Virus record (IMG/VR): IMGVR_UViG_3300038317_000064
Location: 1-28,448 of that record
Strand: one strand, 5' to 3'
DNA: 28,448 nucleotides
Source: a virus
Lineage: Duplodnaviria > Caudoviricetes
Shown here piece after piece: positions 24,436 to 28,448 of this stretch. Within the stretch, counting starts at the first letter, position 1, and every line of letters begins with the position of its first letter. The notes under the pieces are model-generated. The model saw only the letters and a program-made list of their open reading frames with translations. It was not told the DNA's origin and ran no database searches. Position numbers and translations under genes: made by a program.

Positions 24436-24756
24436 GTTGTTTAAATTTGTTCCCGGCCGCTCACCAAAGAACTGCCGGGATACTGGTTGTTTCGGGCACA
24501 ACCAACAAAGCCTTGACTGCATCCCTGATTAGAGAGTGTCAGCGTTCCCGAAAACTCCGCAAAGAGTAGTCGGGTTGGCATTGAATTAATCGGTCTGTTT
24601 ATATTCTTTTGCCTTGATGCGTCTGCGGTGCATCACCCCGCTTTGGGCGGTCTTTATATCAAAACATCACTTTTTTTATACTACCGCCAAAGTAGCGCAA
24701 TATGGTTTTGTAACCTCCACCAAAAGGATTGCCTAAGCATTGCGCTGTATTGTGAA

Positions 24757-24942
24757 AGGATGGGGCAGGATTCGATACCTGCAATGATTAAAGATAGGCG
24801 TGTATTGGACGCCTCGTTTTACTGCTATGAGTAGACTACCGTATATCCCTTACTCTCATCTCTATTCAGCCAAAGATAATTACTTACCAACCCCAAATAG
24901 CTCTCTTTAATCTGATTAGCGTCTCTATTCCGCCACCCATCC
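24757..24942 (-). ncRNA. tRNA-like RNA with a large insertion in place of the anticodon arm
   Basis: Acceptor stem GGATGGG/CCCATCC; D-arm-like TGGCGGAATAGAGACGC; T-arm GCAGG-TATCGAAT-CCTGC; stem GATTAAAGA/TCTTTAATC enclosing further hairpins; no encoded CCA. Confidence 0.7.
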
Positions 24943-25144
24943 TAATTTATTCTTTCTGACTTATCTCGCTTTTCTTGACCTCCAGCGATAGGATAGGATA
25001 TTATTCCGATAAGTTCTTCTCCGCACATATCAGGGTCTTGTTTACCACCGCCCCCAAGGATTACATTGCTTTCTACAATGGATTGTGCTATCTTCCGGCT
25101 TCCTTTCGCCGTGTTATCGCTACCTTTTCCGTAGCTCCGTAAAA

Positions 25145-25192
25145 TGTCAAAGAACTTTTTTGTTCCCGAAACCGAAACAAATCAGCTTCGGG
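25145..25192 (-). promoter_or_regulatory. Hairpin plus boxA-like antitermination site
   Basis: Minus strand CCCGAAGCTGA-TTTGTT-TCGGTTTCGGG, then GTTCTTTGACA (25155-25145), resembling boxA GCTCTTTAACA. Confidence 0.5.
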
Positions 25193-25242
25193 TGTGCAGA
25201 CCGTATCACTACGACCTTTTCCGCAAATATGAAAACAAATCG

Positions 25243-25416
25243 TTATATTTTTTCGGTCGCTACCGTTGTACTAAATTCTTCATCGAGTATGTAATACCCT
25301 ACTATCTGTCTCTTTTCAATCTTCGGCTGAATGTGTGTTTTCCAGTTAAAACCGTATATCCTACACCATTTTAAAGCTCTTTCAAATGCTCTCACCTGTC
25401 TTTCTATACGTGTCAT
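25243..25416 (-). CDS. Hypothetical early protein (probable start 25416)
   Basis: MTRIERQ...; the ATG overlaps the TGA of the upstream micro-ORF. Confidence 0.55.
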   Translation of the reverse strand: MTRIERQVRAFERALKWCRIYGFNWKTHIQPKIEKRQIVGYYILDEEFSTTVATEKI

Positions 25417-25493
25417 AATATTGCTATTAATAACATCACTAAACTCCATACAAGGATTACCCGTAAAATGATGGTCATTGCTTTTGTTGTCAT
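25413..25493 (-). CDS. 26-aa hydrophobic micro-protein
   Basis: MTTKAMTIILRVILVWSLVMLLIAIL*; starts within the repeated leader. Confidence 0.55.
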   Translation of the reverse strand: MTTKAMTIILRVILVWSLVMLLIAIL

Positions 25494-25528
25494 AATATTA
25501 AGAACGATTCGCCTGTACATCGTGAGGT
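25483..25528 (-). repeat. 46-bp leader repeat, copy A
   Basis: 44/46 identical to 26094-26139. Confidence 0.9.
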
Positions 25529-25548
25529 ATTAAAAAATTAAACAATTA

Positions 25549-25845
25549 TCATATGCTGTTAATAAATTCCATCACCTCTGAAATTGTCAACGTTCTATAT
25601 TGCAGTCTTTCAATAGCCCTTGCGCAAACAAACTGCCTGGTTGAATATCTGCAATCAGTCATTACATCAAGGTTTCCGTCAGAACAGCAAATTGTCATTA
25701 TGTTGTCTACATAGTCACAATCTTTTGTTGTTTTGCGCAAATATATAGCCTCGCGATACCATTCCTCGTAAACATATCGAGGCACATGTTTTCCAATTTT
25801 TTCAAATATTACCGTCATCAATGAGTTTAATTTCCCGTTATTCAT
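25549..25845 (-). CDS. Hypothetical early protein
   Basis: 98 aa ORF tiling with neighbours. Confidence 0.6.
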   Translation of the reverse strand: MNNGKLNSLMTVIFEKIGKHVPRYVYEEWYREAIYLRKTTKDCDYVDNIMTICCSDGNLDVMTDCRYSTRQFVCARAIERLQYRTLTISEVMEFINSI

Positions 25846-25856
25846 AACATTAATGT

Positions 25857-26081
25857 TTACTTTTTTATGATTACTGCATAAGCATAGTTATGCTTACCTT
25901 TTCCATATCCCACCTGTATACGTGTCTCACCTTTCATTTCTTTAACCTGCAACACTCCTCCAGAACCCATTGCGCATTCTTTAACGGTGTGTCCCATTTC
26001 TATTAATTTTTCTACTCTATCAGAAACAAGACGATAGTCTTTTACTACATTTGAAATCGCTTTTAAGTCTGTTGTCTTCAT
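25857..26081 (-). CDS. Hypothetical early protein
   Basis: 74 aa; MGSGGV.Q...RIQVGYG....NYA.AV. Confidence 0.7.
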   Translation of the reverse strand: MKTTDLKAISNVVKDYRLVSDRVEKLIEMGHTVKECAMGSGGVLQVKEMKGETRIQVGYGKGKHNYAYAVIIKK

Positions 26082-26093
26082 AATGTTGTTTTC

Positions 26094-26139
26094 TTTGTTG
26101 TCATAATATTAAGAACGATTAGCCTATACATCGTGAGGT
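26094..26139 (-). repeat. 46-bp leader repeat, copy B
   Basis: 44/46 identical to 25483-25528; leads into the 8-aa ORF MTTKKTTL* (26078-26104). Confidence 0.9.
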
Positions 26140-26148
26140 TTTTAAAAT

Positions 26149-26331
26149 TTAAATTAATATTAAATCAATATATGAAGTCTGCCCCCATGAGTTGCTATGT
26201 ACCCACGCTACCTTGTATCTCACGTTATCCTCGTCGTACAAGTACCTATGATCATCGTCAAAGGTATAGCCATGATCTTTCAAGATTTCATCTACCGTTT
26301 TCTGTGTCAAAACTTCAATTCTTGTCTTCAT
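26149..26331 (-). CDS. Hypothetical protein, first gene after the early promoter
   Basis: 60 aa; A-rich start context. Confidence 0.6.
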   Translation of the reverse strand: MKTRIEVLTQKTVDEILKDHGYTFDDDHRYLYDEDNVRYKVAWVHSNSWGQTSYIDLILI

Positions 26332-26380
26332 GATGTTTACTTTTTTATTTGATTATTACTACTTGTTTAACTGAACAATA

Positions 26381-26412
26381 CAAAGATAACATCTATCTTG
26401 ATGTTGTGCAAA
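26381..26412 (-). promoter_or_regulatory. Bacteroidota housekeeping-sigma promoter with an inverted repeat in the spacer
   Basis: TTTG (26412-26409), 20 nt, TATCTTTG (26388-26381) matches the -33 TTTG / -7 TAnnTTTG consensus. AACATC-N6-GATGTT at 26388-26405. Confidence 0.8.
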
Positions 26413-26454
26413 TATAAAGTGTTAAATTTTTAGTATGATATGGTTAAATAAAAT

Positions 26455-26484
26455 TAAAAAAGCGACCGTTTCCCAACGCCCGCC
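26455..26484 (-). terminator. Terminator after the lysis/phosphoesterase operon
   Basis: Minus strand GGCGGGCGTT-GGGA-AACGGTCGCT followed by a T run. Confidence 0.65.
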
Positions 26485-26505
26485 TTTACCGTTATGAAAA
26501 GTACA

Positions 26506-27492
26506 CTAAAAAATCTTATTCCCGATGATCTGCTTGTTATCTACAATAAACTCTCCGTCCGGTTCTTTTTCGACTATCGCAAAGCCGTGGTTCCAGTTGT
26601 TTTGCGGATTGTACCTCGGTGAGAGTGAACACAAACATCCAGTAGTCCAGCTTCCGTAAAACTTCCCCGATATGCTCTTTTTTATGCTGTTCTGCGTTAC
26701 GTGGGAATGTCCGCTTATAACGTTATCCATCGCCTTGTTTAAACGATTGTAGGCCACGTGAACACCGCTGCCGTAATATTCGTGTCCGTGCATCACGTTG
26801 AGCTTTCCGAACTCGATAATGTTGTAATCTTCTATAACTTCTACGGTTGAGCCATCAAAGAAAACATAATCCCTTATGTCCGTCAGCCCGTCTATTTCCG
26901 GCACGTCGTTCAGCTTTCTTTGTATGTGTAATTCTCTTCTTATGTCGTGATTTCCCTTTTTGAATATCACCTTTCCGAAGTGCTTTTGAAGCAATTCCAA
27001 AAAGTCCGTTACCCATTCCCGTTCCGAATAGAAATATTTTAAAATGTTCGGGTTTTTGTCGAACTTTGAGAACTGGTAAAAATCCAGCAGATCACCGTTG
27101 ATAATCACCAAATCACAATCCCGTTTCAGTCCGTAATTGATAGCCGTCTCCAAAGCGTTCCTATCGTGGAATCTCGAATGAATGTCGCTCATCACGAGTG
27201 CCTTTTTATATTGCTTCGGTACGATAAAAGGTTTTAAGTCTAATTCCTGAACGGGTTGCTCCAATAGTGCGAAGTCCGCGGCAAGCTGTTTGTCCTGTGA
27301 TGCTAATTTTCTCCCCATCGAACCAGTTACAATTCTTACGTATTTTCTTGCGTCTTCCTTGTCGTTGAATTTATCCGGGTACAGATCGTGTATGTATGCT
27401 GCTATTTTGTGCTTTGAATAGCTCGTGTTGTTACTTATCGCTGTGTTTATGAATTCCTGTGTTACCTTTCTTGCTATATCCGTTTTAGTCAT
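26506..27492 (-). CDS. Calcineurin-like metallophosphoesterase (probable start 27492)
   Basis: SDIH, GD..D, GNHD, HGH and GHSH motifs; ATGA overlap with the upstream gene. Confidence 0.9.
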   Translation of the reverse strand: MTKTDIARKVTQEFINTAISNNTSYSKHKIAAYIHDLYPDKFNDKEDARKYVRIVTGSMGRKLASQDKQLAADFALLEQPVQELDLKPFIVPKQYKKALVMSDIHSRFHDRNALETAINYGLKRDCDLVIINGDLLDFYQFSKFDKNPNILKYFYSEREWVTDFLELLQKHFGKVIFKKGNHDIRRELHIQRKLNDVPEIDGLTDIRDYVFFDGSTVEVIEDYNIIEFGKLNVMHGHEYYGSGVHVAYNRLNKAMDNVISGHSHVTQNSIKKSISGKFYGSWTTGCLCSLSPRYNPQNNWNHGFAIVEKEPDGEFIVDNKQIIGNKIF

Positions 27493-27896
27493 GATAATTT
27501 GATTTTTATGAACAAATAAGCGGCAATAATCAAAACTAAAATGTTCAAAGTATTCAGTCTTAGTTTCTGCCACTTCGTTAACTTGTTGACTTCCTTTACT
27601 ACCTCTACCTTATAAGGTATAGAATCAACTTTTACGACGCTTACCGTGTCGATTTTAAACCGCTCTCTCCATCTTATCTTTTCATAATAGATCGTGTCGT
27701 TTTTCTTGTATATCTGAATAGTATCTCTGTTATATACGCTGTCAACCCTCAACCTGTCCCGGTACTCGGTTTTCGTTTCCTTGACCGGGACGAGGACCGT
27801 TTTTGTCTTGCACCCTGTAAGCAGGAATATAACGAGAATAGCAAGCAGGATCACCGTCCAAACAAGCCGTATTTTTTGATCACGTTTATTAGTCAT
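27489..27896 (-). CDS. Lipoprotein next to endolysin (spanin-like candidate)
   Basis: Hydrophobic signal ending in lipobox LLTGC, DSV/DTI repeats and a C-terminal TM segment. Confidence 0.7.
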   Translation of the reverse strand: MTNKRDQKIRLVWTVILLAILVIFLLTGCKTKTVLVPVKETKTEYRDRLRVDSVYNRDTIQIYKKNDTIYYEKIRWRERFKIDTVSVVKVDSIPYKVEVVKEVNKLTKWQKLRLNTLNILVLIIAAYLFIKIKLS

Positions 27897-27903
27897 GTTG
27901 GTT

Positions 27904-28329
27904 TTATTTGAAATACAATTTAGCTTCCTCCGCTCTTCTTTTAATCAGGCCGGGTAAAACTTTCCCCCCGGCATAAATCCACCTGTTGAATTGATTTTGG
28001 ATATCTGGATGGTTTGGGTTTTCCTTGATGCGTTTCAAAAGTGTCGAGCTCCTGAAATTCCCCGATCCGACGTTGAACGTGAAGGAAACAAGAGCGTCAA
28101 ACTGATTTTGATTGATGTTCAGCTTGTGCCTGTTGACCTCGTTCTCGGCCGTCCTTAGATCCTCTCTCAATTTTACTTCCGCTTGCGCCTCGGTTATCAC
28201 GTCTCCCTGGCGAACGCCTCCAGTGCTGCCGTAACCTATCGTCCAGACACCCGCGGGGCACTGGTACGCCTTTAATCGCAGCCCCTCGTGTCGTTTGATG
28301 AACTCTATCCCTTTGTCGCTTGTTTTCAT
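27904..28329 (-). CDS. Endolysin, GH24 phage lysozyme
   Basis: EGLRLKAYQCPAGVWTIGYG, QFDALVSF.FNVG, GL..RR..E. Confidence 0.96.
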   Translation of the reverse strand: MKTSDKGIEFIKRHEGLRLKAYQCPAGVWTIGYGSTGGVRQGDVITEAQAEVKLREDLRTAENEVNRHKLNINQNQFDALVSFTFNVGSGNFRSSTLLKRIKENPNHPDIQNQFNRWIYAGGKVLPGLIKRRAEEAKLYFK

Positions 28330-28448
28330 GATTCCTTTTTATAAGTTCCTAACTTTGGTCTCCTCGTCTCGCAATCGGAAACAAAACAGATGTTGCTCTC
28401 TGCAATCTTCCGCTCCTTAATTTCGTTGTCTATTGTCTTCTGCATTCC
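28326..28448 (-). CDS. C-terminus of an upstream lysis-module (holin-like) gene, partial
   Basis: ...GMQKTIDNEIKERKIAESNICFVSDCETRRPKLGTYKKES*; TGA overlaps the endolysin ATG. Confidence 0.5.
   Translation of the reverse strand, partial: GMQKTIDNEIKERKIAESNICFVSDCETRRPKLGTYKKES

Noticed and set aside
24757-24942. Canonical tRNA or tmRNA call
   Set aside because: No 7-nt anticodon loop, an 8-nt T loop and no CCA. It lacks the Ala identity (G3:U70, discriminator A) and is too short for tmRNA.
427-26333. All plus-strand ORFs in the track
   Set aside because: They are antisense shadows of well-supported minus-strand genes or lie over structured non-coding DNA, with no recognisable motifs.
1-28448. 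Stop-codon recoding as in some Bacteroidota phages
   Set aside because: Long genes are intact under the standard code, and TAA, TAG and TGA all end genes at sensible boundaries.

Overview
About 28 kb of a tailed dsDNA phage or prophage, most likely infecting a Bacteroidota host (a TTTG-N20-TAnnTTTG promoter and A-rich, SD-less start contexts). Every credible gene is on the minus strand. In transcription order (right to left) the window holds the end of a lysis module (holin-like C-terminus, GH24 endolysin, lipoprotein, metallophosphoesterase), a terminator and a strong early promoter, and small early genes with a structured non-coding island. Next come recombination genes (Sak4-like ATPase, PD-(D/E)XK nuclease, SSB-like), a helicase-methylase pair, NinB-like/NinG/RuvC-like genes, a replication initiator with internal iterons and DnaB. 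A roughly 6.5 kb accessory cluster of small genes includes RtcB and a MazG-like protein. The left end holds a sigma-region-2-like gene, a PLD-family gene, TerS, intein-containing TerL, portal, Mu gpF-like protein, protease, HK97 capsid and a partial head fibre. The most notable unexplained structures are: (1) integron attC-like sites with matched GTT/AAC cores bracketing inverted small genes, with translation starting inside the attC; (2) a second-frame ORF nested in the TerL intein where a homing endonuclease normally sits; (3) a 186-nt tRNA-like RNA whose anticodon arm is replaced by a multi-hairpin domain; (4) a duplicated pseudoknot-like leader coupled to micro-ORFs. No integrase or repressor was recognised. 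All calls come from manual motif reading; no database searches were run.
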